DNA of 64,000 nt from Eledone cirrhosa (taxonomy: Eukaryota), in contig OZ024742.1 in NCBI GenBank assembly GCA_964016885.1, positions 30,566,001-30,630,000 on the forward strand, written 5' to 3'. Each line of letters starts with the position of its first letter. Within the stretch, counting starts at the first letter, position 1. The notes under the pieces were generated by a model. The model saw only the letters and a program-made list of their open reading frames with translations, did no database searches and was not told where the DNA came from. A program made the translations under genes and the position numbers. Below, in pieces: positions 25,064 through 38,599 of this stretch.

Positions 25064-25905
25064 CTAACCGAATTACCCGCGCGTTGCAGCGTTTCACACA
25101 TTGTTTTTGTAACAAAATGATGATTGATTTTAAATCAGTGATGGAGTGCACATGGCTTAGTAGTTGGAGCATTGGGCTTGCAATCGAAAGGTTGTGAGTT
25201 CAATTCTCAGACCGGGTGATGTGTTGTTTCCTTGAGCAAGACACTTTATTTCATATTGCTCCAGTTTACTCAGCTGTAGAAATGAGATGATAGGGGCTGG
25301 GGTCCCTATCATTCCACTGTAAAGTGGACGTGTAGGTGCCACGGCAAAAATGCACCCAGCACTCACTGTAAATGAGGTTGGTGTTAGGAAGGGCATCCAG
25401 ATGTAGAAATCAAGCCAGAATTAGTTCCCATCCCACCCTTGCAAGCAGGGAAAAAGCGGACGTAAACTGAAATGAAAATGATGAATGATGATATAATTTA
25501 TGGAGAAAAACTCTGCTATTCAATATTACTCAATGTAAAATGTAATGCATGAAAAATTGGAAAACATTATTTTTTGTAATATATCACATCCAAATTACAT
25601 TATTAAATCTTATTCTTATTTTGTTTCTTTTAAAAACTTTTTTTTAAATATCAATTCAAAACTTTTGTGAATAGGCATCATATCTTATTATTTACCTATG
25701 GTTTAAATTTCATATAAATCGAAGGGAAAACACTTTTCAGCAGGGGTTTGTGCCCCCGGGGAACCCTTTGATGAAAATAAAATATACTTATCCAAGTTCC
25801 CTGGGCAATGTAGTTTCAGAATATATATGATCATGGGGTCTATCTCCAAAACTATAGGAAGAGTTTGTGAACAAACAGACAGGAATACAACTTCATATAT
25901 ATAGA
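25064..25905 (-). mobile_element. Probable non-autonomous Helitron, interrupted by a SINE
   Basis: Minus strand: A|TCTATATATAT..GTCTGTTTGT at the 5' end and GCAACGCGCGGG..TTAG|T at the 3' end; internal 25663-25790 shared with 41709-41845. Confidence 0.55.
25141..25492 (+). mobile_element. SINE family A
   Basis: Near-identical to 8835-9145 and 32815-33161. Confidence 0.88.
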
Positions 25906-25933
25906 TGTAAGTTGTGTGCATATATGTGTAAAA

Positions 25934-25983
<50 letters not shown>

Positions 25984-26040
25984 GTGTATGTGAGTATATA
26001 AATATATATATGTGTATGTGAGTATATATATATATATGTG

Positions 26041-26091
<51 letters not shown>

Positions 26092-26096
<5 letters not shown>

Positions 26097-26537
26097 TGGC
26101 ACCATCCACCACCTTCACCACCACCACTACTACCACCACCACCACCACCACCACCATCACCATCACTGACACCATCCACCACCTTCACCACCTTCACCAC
26201 CGCCACTGCCACAACGACCACCATCACTGGCACCATCCACCACCACCACCATCACCATCACTGACACCATCCACCACCACCACCATCACTAGCACTATCC
26301 ACCACCGACACCACCACCATCACTGACACCATCCACCACCGCCATCTTCACCATCACTGACACCATCCACCACCATCACCACCACCATTCACCACCATCA
26401 CCACCACCATTCACCACCAACACCACCATCACTGGTACCATCCACCACCACCACCACCACCACCATCACCATCACTGACACCATCCACCACCACCATTAC
26501 CATCACTGACACCATCCACCGCCACCACCATCACCAG
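26092..26537. repeat. (CCA)n-based minisatellite with recurring CACTG(A/G)CACCATCC
   Basis: Direct reading. Confidence 0.85.
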
Positions 26538-26869
26538 CGATCAGGCCTTAAAAATACCTATAATAATTGTTTCTACTTTTGGCACAAGGCCAGCAATTAC
26601 CCAGTGCATTACTGATACTTTATTTTATCGACCCCGTAAGGACGGAGAGTGGAGAGCCATTGCTCTTTGCTGTAAAGCAAACAATTAATATTATTATTAT
26701 TATTATTATTATTATATAAAAACTGAACTGGACTGGAAAAGTCAACAGTTGACATGATTTTGATTTTGTATCAGTACTGAGGGTAATATATATATATATA
26801 TGTATGTGTTTGTGTGTGTGAGTAGTGTGTGTGTTTGTATGCATGAGTGTTGGTGTGTGAGTGGCGTGT

Positions 26870-29800
26870 GTGTTTGTAGTTTGTATGTCGATTTTGAGAA
26901 TGTAAGCAAAATACTTGTCTTTCCGCAGTCAACCCACCTGCGGAAATTTGGAAAGTCTAAGCACTCAATGACAATGACACAGATAAAGATAAAGATAAAT
27001 TCACCTCCCGCCGCAAGACGAGAATACAAGGACCCCCTCTTTATTTCAGACACGGATGACCAACAAAATTCTGTCTCCCACACCCCTCCCTGCCCCTCCA
27101 ACCCATTTTTCCCACCCTCCCAACTTCAGAGTTGGTACCATGAACGTAGGCACATTGAAAGGTCACTCAAATGGGGTTGTAGAGATGCTTGAACGTAAAG
27201 AAGTTGATGTTTGTTGTATTCAAGTGACTAGGTGGAGAGGGGTGGTGGTGTTAAATTCATTGTGGGTAAAAAACGATGCTATAAACTTTTCTGGGTGGGA
27301 AATGACAACGGACATGGTGGTGTAGGAATTATGCCAGCTGAAAAATGGGTAGATAAGGTAATTGACGTAAATAGAGTGAATGACAGAATATTTAAATTAA
27401 GACTAGTTCTAAATAGAACTACTGTGACAATAATATCTGCTTATGCACCCCAATCTGGTCTACCTGATGTTATAAAGGACAGGTTCTATGAGATGCTAAT
27501 GCACACTACCTCCCAAATAACCGAGAGTGACTACTTAATTATTGCTGACGATCTAAACGGTCACGTTGGACAACATAGTGATGGCTATGATGGAATCCAT
27601 GGAGGGTATCTGTAACACAAACTTCAAAAAACGTGAAAACCACTTGATCACCTATAGATCAGGGGAACACGCCAGCCAGATGGATTATATCCTTACTAGA
27701 AGACGGGACAAAGTGTCTGTTGTAAACACTAAATCCCTCCCCCGTGAAGAATGCACCTCCCAACATAGCCTAGTAGTTAGTGACCTCATAGTCAGAAATA
27801 GACGTACTCGACGACAGAGGAGGCCTACCTTGAGGAGAAGAATATGGAAGTTGAAGGACCCCATAGCCAGTGACAAATTTAAAAGCTTATTACTTGATGC
27901 CTTTGACAATAAAGAAGAGAAATTAGAGACGTGCGATATAGAGGAACAGTGGCAATTCTTGAAAGTGAACCTGCTGAAAGCAACGGATGAAATCTGTGGC
28001 TGGAGCAGACCCATTGGCAGGAGGAGAGTAACTTGGTGGTGGAACAGTAAGGTGGAGGAGTCAATCAAGGCCAAAAAGCAGGCTTGGAAAGTATGGCAGG
28101 ATGGGGGAAGTAGAGAGCACTATCAAGTGGCCAGGAGAGAAGCTAGGAGACAAGTGTACCTTGCAAAAAAGGAAGTAGAGAATAGAAAGTTCAAGCATGT
28201 TCTACAACGTGAGGACCAAAAACGTGAGGTGTTCAGGATTGCTAGACAATGTGTCAAGGAAAACCGTGATATTGTCGGGGAGAAGTGTGTCCGTAATGAT
28301 AATGGTGTACTTGCCCTCACTGATACTGATAAGAAGATAGCCTGGAAGTGTCACTACGAGAGACTATTAAATGAGGAGAATAAATGGGAAAAAGATAGTA
28401 TGCCCCAAATCGATCCAATAGAAGGACCAGCAGTGCAAGTTAAAGGTAGTATAATAAGTAAGGCAATCAAAGATATGAAGACAGGCAAGGCAGCTGGGCC
28501 TTTGGAGATAGTTGCTGAGATGTTGAAAGCATCTGGAATGGTGGGACACACTATGGTCATCCGTATAGTTAACCAAGTAATACAGAATGGGGTCATACCG
28601 AAAGACTGGCGTAGCAGCATCATCATTAACTGCTACAAGGGTAAAGGGGATGCTCTAGGTAGGGGAAACTATAGAGGCATTAAGTTAGTTGACCAGGTCA
28701 TGAAGGTCACAGAAAGAGTTATAGCGCAACTAATCAGAGAGCGAATTAATCTAGATGAAATGCAGTTTGGGTTTGTGTCAGGTAAAAGTACCACAGATGC
28801 TCTTTTCCTTGTATGACAACTACAAGAGAAGTACCTAGCTAAAAGTAAACCCCTCTACTCAGCTTTTGTAGACCTGGAGAAAGCCTTTGACAGAGTCCCC
28901 TCGCTCCATTATCTGGTGGGCTCTTAGAAAACTAGGTGTAGATGAATGGCTTGTGAGAGCTATACAAGCTATGTATAATGAAACAGTCAGTAAGGTTAGA
29001 ATTAACAATGAATATTGTGAAGAATTTAGTGTAAAAGTTGGCGTTCATCAAGGCTCAGTCCTTAGCCCCCTCCTACTTATGATTGCCCTTCAGGCTATAA
29101 CAGAGGAGTTCAAGACCGGCTGCTCATGGGAACTCCTATACGCAGATGATCTAACGCTCAAAGCTGAATCAATGGCTGAACTAATTCAGAAGAAATTCCA
29201 AACATGGAAACATGGCCTAGAATCAAAAGTCCTTAAAGTTAACTTGTCTAAGACTAAAGTTCTAGTTTGTAGAAAGGAAAATAGTGCATAGGTGCCCTCA
29301 GGGAAATGGCCATGCTCAGTGTGTAGGAAAGGAGTAGGCAGAAATTCCATTTTATGTCCCAAATGCAAAGTATGGGTACATAAAAGATGTAGTGGGATCA
29401 CAGGTAAACTATCTAAGAACGTAGACTTTATATGTGGCCAATGCTCAGGTGCAATAAGTAGTAAGTGTCCACAGGATACTAGCTCCTTCTATTGCCCAGA
29501 TGGTTCTATAGAAATAGTGAAGACTTTCCGTTACCTGGGTGACAAAATCAGCAGTGGTGGAGGGTGCTCTGAAAGTACAGTAGCCAGAATCAGAACGGGA
29601 TGGAAAAAGTTCAGCGAGCTTATACCGCTGTTGGCCACAAAAGGTTTCTCTCTAAAAATGAAAGGCAGATTGTATGATGCTTGTATACGAACAGCAATGC
29701 TACATGGCAGTGAGACATGGGCATTACGTGCAGAGGACCTGCGCAGACTGGAAAGGAACGAAGCATGCATGCTCCGTTGGATGTGTAATAGTAATATACG

Positions 29801-30517
29801 TGAACGGCAAAGCATAAATGAACTAAGTGAGAAATTAGGAATAAGAGGGATCAGATGCTGTTTACTTGAGAGAAGACTACGTTGGTATGATCACGTGATG
29901 CGCATGAAAGACGACAGCTGCATAAAAAAGTGCAGGGCGATCAAAATTGATGGTAGTTACGGAGTAGGTAGACCCAGAAAAACCTGGGACGATCTGTTAA
30001 ATACCGACCTTACGCACTTGCACTTCTCTAAGACAATGTCACTGGACCGGCACTACGCAATAATACAGAAGACCCGCCTTGCCTATGTACAAAGCGAAAC
30101 CTAGTCAGTAGGCACCTCCTAACCAAATATACACCCCTACCTTATCCTCCCTCTCCCACCAACACCACCCTCTCTCTGTAAAGTTGGTACTACAACATCC
30201 AGTCCAAATAAATGAGATAAATGAGATCGAGATTGTGTAGGTGTCATGACAAAAAAAAAAAAATAAATAAAACAAAAAAGCTCACAGTCCACGCTGTAAT
30301 GTGGTCGTGTAGGTAACATGGTAAAAAGTTCCCAGTTCCACACTATAAATGTGGTTGGTATTAGGAAGGACATCCAGCCGTAGAAAGCCTGCCAGATAGT
30401 CCTATATGAGCGAGACACGGTCACCCGACCAACCTTGCCTCAAGTGGCACAACTCCCGTCTAACCCATGCTAGCGTGGAAGATGGACGTTAAACGATGAC
30501 GATGATTATGATGATGA
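26870..30517 (+). mobile_element. RTE LINE, near full length, multiply disrupted
   Basis: Same EN/RT/PHD/C-terminal order as 1207-4610 across ORFs 27056, 27232, 27566, 28887 and 29292; tail GGACGTTAAACGATGACGATG; 5' boundary approximate. Confidence 0.92.
27140..30104 (+). pseudogene. RTE EN-RT ORF with frameshifts, stops and a deletion near 27610
   Basis: MNVGTL, SAYAPQ, QFGF, GVHQGSVLSP, LYADD, intact C4HC3 finger, FRYLG. Confidence 0.88.
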
Positions 30518-30677
30518 TATATATATATATATACATCTATGTGAGTATAAATATATATATATATATTAGAAATTGGAAATTATAAGCTTTCACCGTATTT
30601 TAGACTAAAGAAATTTCTAGCCTGATAGTGGGGTTTATAACCCTCGGAGAAATGGAAAAAGATGAGTGTTGCCGTAC

Positions 30678-30711
<34 letters not shown>

Positions 30712-30723
30712 GTATATGTAAAA

Positions 30724-30777
<54 letters not shown>

Positions 30778-30778
30778 T

Positions 30779-31018
30779 CGCCGCGAAGGGGCTGCTTTCG
30801 GTTATTTGTCGGAGATTTCTTCATAGGAGCCTTTATTCTTATAGCTTGGTCTAATTGATTTTTTATATGGTTAATTATGCTAATTGGGAGAGGAAACGGT
30901 ATATATTTTATCTGGCGATTCTATAGACATGTTTTATGATATATAGCTCTGATTATTTAATTTATTAATTCTTCATTGAGCCACAAAGTGACCCGTTGCA
31001 AAACACATATATATTTAT

Positions 31019-31060
<42 letters not shown>

Positions 31061-31615
31061 CTTTATATGTAATATTCTCCCGTTAGGTTGAGATACAATT
31101 TTAGCTGTATTGGGCTGCACTTTCTAGCAAAAAGCCTACCAGCCGTAAGCAACTAATCACATCCTTTCTAACTTGACCGCTGCCACGTCACGATTCTTAG
31201 CCATTTTTTAATGTATTCTTGGCGCGATCACTTTGGAAAATTAATTGTCTAAATTTGAGCTAACTTCCTGAAGAATCCGAAGCTCTAGATTTCCAATGTT
31301 ATCGGATGTCTTAAAATGCGGATGAAACCATGGTAGAGGTAATTAAATATGTACACTGTTCTTCTAGTTTATTTTACACCTAATTCTGTTTAGTTGACTG
31401 TATATCTGGTCGATTTATACATGCTATCGAAATATTCGCTAAATAATACGTCGTAACCGCCGCGAAGGGGCTGCTTTCGGTTATTTGTCGGAGATTTCTT
31501 CATAGGAGCCTTTATTCTTATAGCTTGGTATAATTGATTTTTTATATGGTTAATTATACTAATTGGGAGAAGAAACGGTATATATTTTATCTGGCGATTC
31601 TATAGACATGTTTTA

Positions 31616-31624
<9 letters not shown>
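30779..31624 (+). mobile_element. Non-coding insert with about 167-bp direct repeats and a hammerhead (Penelope-like partial tandem)
   Basis: 30779-30946 is repeated at 31458-31624; both end in (TA)n. Confidence 0.6.
31263..31340 (+). ncRNA. Type-I hammerhead ribozyme motif, intact core, extended loop II
   Basis: ACTTC CTGAAGA ATCCG..CGGAT GAAA CCATGG TA GAGGT: palindromic stem III, GUA cleavage triplet. Confidence 0.72.
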
Positions 31625-31662
<38 letters not shown>

Positions 31663-31716
31663 AACGAGTACTTTGGTGCGTTATGGTCCACCTGGTTCCT
31701 TACCACATTTCCTTCG

Positions 31717-31774
<58 letters not shown>

Positions 31775-32259
31775 TTCAAGGAGACAACAAACAAAGGTAC
31801 AAAAAGTCTTATTAGTTTCACGCTTTATATTGGGAAAGAAGAAAGTTCAACGTGTTGGGCTTTCAGGGGGACCCTAAGTTGTGTCAAAAACAGGACAACC
31901 TCTCCTGTGCACTTAGTGGAGTATTGACCATACATAAAATGAGACACAGATCCTTGGCCTGCCTGGGATATCAGTAGCTCTGCTTCAGTATTGACTTGGT
32001 CTATGTAGACCTGTCCAACCCTTGCTAGTAGGGAAACAGGACGTTGAAGTAGCATCTAGTGGTGTCTAGTATGCACTACTTCTCCCCTCCCTCTTCCATA
32101 CACCTCCCATGTCTTAACATTAAACCCTTCACCAGCTAAGTACCCTACCATAGAGTTACCTTTCCAATCCCTACATACATACACGCCCCCTCATCCTCAC
32201 ACCATATTTGATGCACCTCTCTTGATTAACCCAAGTGTACAATCATGGAAAGCTGGACA

Positions 32260-32778
32260 CACTCTCCGACAATGCTCTCAGTCCACCCTATAAGTTGATC
32301 ATGCTAGTGACACAACAAAAGCTCCTAATCCATAATGTAAGGTGCTCATGTTGGTGTCATGACAAAAGAGAACATAGGCCTCCCTGTAACGTAACATGAC
32401 AAAAGAGCACCTAGCCCTCCCTGCAAGGTGGTCATGCTGGTGACATGACAAATGAGCACCCAGTCAACCTGATAGAGTGGCCATATTGGTGGTATGACCG
32501 GTGCCCGGTCTACCATGTGGAGTGGTTGGTTTGTTGACATGAGAAATAGCACACAATCTGCCCTGTAATGTGGTGGTGTCCTTGACACAACAAAAAGCAC
32601 TCTGTTCACCCTGTAAAGTGGTTGTGTTGGTGACACAACAAAAAGTGCCCAGTCCACACAGTATAGTGGTTGGCATTCTCTATGAGCATGACAGTCATCT
32701 GATCTGATTTGTCTCATAACTCGTTAAACACATGCTAGCGTGAAAAAATTAACATTAAACAGTGATGATGATGATGAT
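32260..32778 (+). repeat. Old RTE/SINE-type 3' region with tandem ~43-bp subrepeats
   Basis: Decayed repeats of aaaaagcacccagtccaccctgtaaagtggtcgtgttggtgacac ending in a (GAT)n tail; similar units on minus at 14250-14440. Confidence 0.55.
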
Positions 32779-32814
32779 ATATATGTGTATGTGTGTGAAT
32801 ATGTATACACATAC

Positions 32815-33161
32815 ATGGAGGCACATGGCTTAGAGGTTAGAGCATTGGCCTTGCAATCGAAAGGTTGTGAGTTCAATTCTCAGACCGAGTGATGTGTTGT
32901 TTCCTTGAGCAAGACACTTTATTTCACATTGCTCCAGTTTACTCAGCTGTAGAAATGAGATGATAGGGGCAGGAGTCCATATCATTCCACTGCAAAGTGG
33001 CCGTGGAGGTGCCACGGCAAAAAAGCACCCAGCACTCACTGTAAATGAGGTTGGTGTTAGGAAGGGCATCCAGCTGTAGAAATCAAGCCAGAATCAGTTC
33101 CCGTCCCACCCTTGCAAGCAGGGAAAAGCGGACGTAAAATGAAATGATGATGAAATGATGA
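32815..33161 (+). mobile_element. SINE family A
   Basis: A and B boxes, CORE-like domain, RTE-type tail. Confidence 0.88.
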
Positions 33162-33240
33162 TACATGCATGCAAACGTGCATACATACATTTACTGACAC
33201 TTACGCACATGCATACACATGCACATACATATATATATAC

Positions 33241-33851
33241 ATGGTGGCTGCCAACTCGTTTTCGAGTACGGCCACTACTTTATATCCATGTAGGAGAACT
33301 CCTACCGATGCGCTGAACGAGTGTGACTTTTTAGTCCAGCCAGCGACTTGAAGACTCTGGTATAAACACTACACTTGTGACAATTATTGACACATAGTGC
33401 TGGGCCCATGGTACCATGTGACGTCAAGTGCAGAGAGATCTCCAGATATAAAGCAATGCCTGTGCCGTGAAGCTTTTATAGTGATCAAAGGCACTGCACA
33501 AAGCCAGTCCCACTCTCTTAACCAAGATGATATTTACCAAAAAGAAGAACAAGTCAACATCATTGGATACCATCAGGGTTGCAGGTGTTATATCAGAGTT
33601 TTCCTTCTCCTAGAATTCTGCCTTGACAAAGGCTAAGGGGTCATCTCTCTCGGTGATTTTGGATGGCCATTGACTCTTAAGAGCTCTTTGCCCTTTGACA
33701 GGTTTTGTTTTTAGTCCTGCAGGATGTCCAAAGTCACCCTCCTCAACAAGAAACCTTGGTGGGGTTGCCAGTTTAGTCGCCAACGACTCGACCATGAGAC
33801 AGGTTGTACTGGGATACATGTTACCAGTAGCACCAACTGGTGACCTGACAA
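33241..33851 (-). mobile_element. Non-coding retroelement in (TATG)n, related to 46567-46882
   Basis: Shared blocks GACCCCT(T)AGCCTTTGTCA..TCTAGGAGAAGG and 3' end TGGCCGTACTCGA(A/T)AACGAG..GCAGCCA(C/T)CATGTA. Confidence 0.6.
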
Positions 33852-34000
33852 CATACATACATACATATATACATACATACATACACACATACATATATAC
33901 ATATATACATACAGACATATATACATAAACATACATACATACATACATACATACATACATACATACATACATACATACATACATACATACATACATGCAT

Positions 34001-34464
34001 ACATGGAACCTGAAAATAAAAACTGCCACCAAATTAAAGCACAACCGGCATGATATTGTAGTTTGGGACCACACATTGAAAACGTGTTCTGTTGTGGAGA
34101 TCAGCTGCCCACTTGATGTAAACGTTGTCAGAAAAATACAGGAGAAGGAGGACGTCTACGGACCATTGATGAGGAGTTTACAAATCCAGTATCCAAGATA
34201 CACCTTTAGCTTCATACCCATCATTATTGGTGCTACGGGTTATATACCAACCCGCTTGACCAAAGTATGACTGAACTTGGATTTGCGGACAAAAAGCGCA
34301 GCTCCCTAATTCATAGTCTACAAATGGCTGCGATAGCTGGCACCTTCAAAATTTGCAAAACATTCTTGCGATTCAAGGGATGACAATTTCTTTTCTTTTA
34401 CAACCTTGCCACCAGGAAGGTGGCCGGTCAAAAAAATATACTCGAAATTAAGAGAAAGAGAAAA
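34001..34464 (+). mobile_element. R4/Dong-type RLE LINE, 3' fragment
   Basis: HNRHDIVVWD..VVEISCP..EKEDVY..PIIIGATG (PD-(D/E)xK nuclease); (CATA)n on both sides. Confidence 0.8.
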
Positions 34465-34558
34465 CATACATACATACACATACATACATACATACATATT
34501 TACATACATATATACATACATACATACATATATACATACATACGTACATACATACATA

Positions 34559-37500
34559 CATTGAAAATTTCCCTCAACAAAATCTTCCAGAGAGAAATTA
34601 ATTCATGTATAAATATCTCTCTTGCTGAACGTATTAAAACGACAATATTTAATAAAAAACTAAATAATGAAATATTACGTGTTATTGACGAAATAGGAAA
34701 TGAATATTTACGACGGATAAAAACCCTAACATTTTGGCAAATCAACGCCTGTTTATATGCCCTAGCAACGACAGTAAAGCAGTATCTTGGTGATTGCAAA
34801 GATATTAACAAGAACAAAACACCACTAAAAATACCATCATATATAACTAAAATAGAAAAAAAGATTGCTGACCTACGAAAAACCATATGATATGTGACAA
34901 TGCTCCTTACATGCAAACAAACACAAAAAAACCTCACTCCTCACCAACAAAGAGTGAAAAATAAAATAGAGACGATGTTTGGTAACAGTAGAACCAGAAC
35001 TCTTCAATATAAGCTGATCACCCTCAAACAAGAATTGAGAGCTGTTAGCGAAAAACGCCGATACCTGAAGAAGGTAGATGAGAGAAAAGTGCTTAATAAA
35101 AGATTCAGACGAAACCAAACTTCAGTCTATAGAGATATGAAGAACAAAATAATAAGTGTCACTGAGGCCCCATCCCAGAAAGACATAGATTCCTTTTGGA
35201 TTAAAATATGGAGTGAAAAGAAGAATTTCAACTAAGATGCAATGTGGCTAAGAGAAATCCGAAAGAACTATTGCTCCTACACTACAACAAAAACATACGA
35301 AATAAGTGAGGGTACCCTTGAGACTGTGATAGGAAAACTCCAAGATAAGAAAACACCAGGAAGAGACATGATTGTCGGCTACTGGTACAAAAAACTGATA
35401 TTCTATCGGAGGTGTCTTACTGACCTCTACCAACAAGTTCTTAAGGGAGATACACTTATACCAGAATTGTTGACATTAGCACAAACATTACTGGTCCCCA
35501 AGAACAAAGACACCTACTTGGCAAAAAAACTACCGACCCAGAACCTGATGTATAAGATGCATGCCAGAACCTGATGTATAAGATGTATACAGCCTGCCTG
35601 AACCTATTCCTCCAAGATCACTGTGAAAATAATAACATCATCACAGATGAACAAGGGGCTGGAAAGAAAGGCGTTTGGGGATGTGCTGAACAACTACTAA
35701 TTAACAAAACTGCGATGTCGGAGGTGCGACAACTTAGGAGGAATATGGCTACAGTCTGGTTGGACTACAGGAAAGCTTTCGATTCTGTTCCCCACTCTTG
35801 GATGATAGAGGCCCTCCAACTGCTAAAGTCCCAGACATTATTGTCAGAGCCATAGAGAGGCTGTCTTCTTCTTGGGCTACTATCCTAAGGTTAAAGACAG
35901 AGAGGGAGGACTCTATTTTCACTGATAAAATAAAATATTGCAGGGGTATATTTCAAGGGGACAGTCTCTCTGTGATATTATTCATCCTATCATTAAACCC
36001 CTTGTCCTTTCTGCTCAAGAAATGTGAAGGATACATCATTGGCTCACAGGAGGACAGAAATACGAACCTAACCCATAATTTTTTTGTGGACAATCTGAAA
36101 CTCTATGCCAAGAACATGGATGGGATGAAGAAAAATCTTGACCTGGTTACAACGTTCTCAAAGGGTGTAGGAATGGAGTTTGGCCAAGATAAATGCTCAT
36201 ACATGACTGTAAAGCAGGGAAAAACAACAACCCAATCTAGCAACATTGTCATCAATGGCCTAACTGTTTCACCGATATCTGACGAGGACTGCTACAGATA
36301 CCTGGGGATAGATGAGAACATATCCTATAATGGTATCTGTAATAATGGTCGCGTGACCAGGGAATACTACACCCGATTAAGAAAGATTTGGTCATCGGAA
36401 CTCTCTGCGCAAAACAAAACAGTGGCTCACAATATGTTTGCTGTGCCTGTCCTAACACCAACGTTTGAAATACTCAATTGGACGATAGACGAAATCTGAG
36501 CAGTTGATGTTGGAACTCGAAAAATACTAAACAACACCGGAAACTACCACATCAACAGTGACATAGACCGCCTTTACTTGAAACGTAAGCAGGGAGGCAG
36601 AGGCCTAACATTAGTCCAGACAGCATTTGAAATGTCGCATCATATCTCTCCGACAACATCTACGAATCTCGAAGCGTAGGAGCCCGTCTCTCGAGCAAGT
36701 CTATCTGCATGAAACAGATAAGATCATGAGAGTTGGGAAGGAACTCCTCGAGAGATATTCCCTGTGTGATAATCAAAAACTCACACCCAGGGAAGTCGCT
36801 CAGCAGTATCGCAGTGAATCCATGGATGAAAAACTGCATGCTTATCAGCAAAAGATTATGCATGGATATGTTGCCAGGAAGCTTCAGAGTGAGAGTAATA
36901 TAGATAAGGAAAGTAGTCTATCTTGGACCAAAAACCATTATATTGGCTCCAACTTTGAAGGATAGGCTTTTGCAATTCAAGAACAGAAGATTAACACAAA
37001 ATACCTGATTCACAAAAGAGATAGGGGTGCAGGCAAAACACCTAGATGTGATAACAAGTGCAGACACTGCAGAACTAACATTGAGGATATCACCCATGTC
37101 ATCAGCAGCTGTCCAAAGATGTCATCGCGGTACTATCTACCTATGAGGCATGATGTAGTGGCCAAAACACTGTACAATGCAGTTCGTAAAAAAGATAGCC
37201 CCGATAATAAACACATTAAAAGCTACAACAATGTGGAAGACATCCATGTACATAATATGAAAGAGTACTGGTAGAATGTTCCAGTAAAAACCCCAATAAA
37301 ATGCAGGCATAACAGACCAGATATTATGATATGAGACAGGGAGAAGAAAGCATGCACAGTAGTGGAAATTAGCTGCCCAGCAGATGCCAATATAATATCA
37401 AAGATTAGCGAAAAGGAGAATATTTATGCAGAACTGATGAGAAATCTGCAGATACTCCGCCCTGATTACAACTTCAGATTTATGCCTGTGATTATTGGGG

Positions 37501-37881
37501 CACTGGGGTATGTTAGTAACTGCCTCAATACAAATCTTGAGAAGCCAGGTTTCACAGGAACAGAAAGAACACAACTAGTTAGGAAATTACAAGTATAATC
37601 CATTAATGGAACAGTAAAAATATGTAAAACATTCCAAAAATGTTGCATCTAATAACTGCATATACACATGTACAGATACAAAGCATATACACATGCACAC
37701 ATACAACTCAAAACATCCACATCCACACATACAATAACATCCATATCTACACATGCATGCATACATACATATCTACCTAGTTGATGTTGTGTAAATTCTA
37801 ATGAGAGAGTCTTGTGTCTATGTTAGAAACCGACTCTCTCTCTATTGGGAAAAAATTTGTGAAATTATAAAACCAGAAGAA
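34559..37881 (+). mobile_element. R4/Dong-type RLE LINE, 5'-truncated and decayed (RT, CCHC, restriction-like endonuclease)
   Basis: WLDYRKAFDSVPH, GIFQGDSLS, FVDN (from FVDD), YRYLG, CRHC..DITHVISSC, RHD, RPDI..EISCP; ends AGAAGA followed by (CATA)n. Confidence 0.88.
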
Positions 37882-38131
37882 CATACATACACACACACAT
37901 ACATACATATGTTAAGTTTTAGTAAGTAGGAAAGAATACAAGATGCTGTTGTTACCAGGGAAACAGTTGTGCTGAGTAAGCAGAAAAGGAGAAGATAGAA
38001 ATTCCATTTTGTAAACTGAATGTAAACTGTGTTATAAGTACAGAAGAGGTTGTAGTGGAATTGCATGTTGGTTAATAGACTTTGTATGTAGAAGATGCAC
38101 AGAAGTAGCCACAGTTAACAATCAGACCTAA

Positions 38132-38338
38132 CCTTTTGGCATTTAAACCGGCCATATCCAGCCAGAATTCTCAGACCATTTTCTGTTCAGACCTGCCATA
38201 ACTGGCTACTCATACAGGCATTAAGGTATTGTTCTCAAAATAAATAATATCAAAATCTCATAGAGTTGATATTATGTGAGATAATTATGTAAAGTGAAGC
38301 TTTATTAGTAAATATTGAGTAATGTAAATGCTAAAAGG
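38132..38338. mobile_element. piggyBac-like MITE
   Basis: CTAA-CCTTTTGGCATTTA ... TAAATGCTAAAAGG-TTAA. Confidence 0.55.
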
Positions 38339-38599
38339 TTAATGGTTAAAATGCTTGTACAATCGTAATGTTGTAATTGGCATTACGATTGTAATGCCAA
38401 ATACGACATTTCCCTACTCCCTGCTATTGGGTTGAAGTTGGCCAGCCACGTGAGTGAACTCCATGAAGTAAACACGCCTCCACATGGTGTTGGAAGGGTA
38501 CAATTAATTGAGACATAGGTGGGTCATGGGGGAAGAGTCCTCAAACACTTCTTCCAGTGGTACCTGTCAGAAGCAACCATCTCCAATTGATCTGGCTGA

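Noticed and set aside
30575-30660. Additional hammerheads (also half-motifs at 31805-31835 and 51521-51545)
   Set aside because: Only the GAAA/stem III half is visible; no CUGANGA box or stem II could be assigned.
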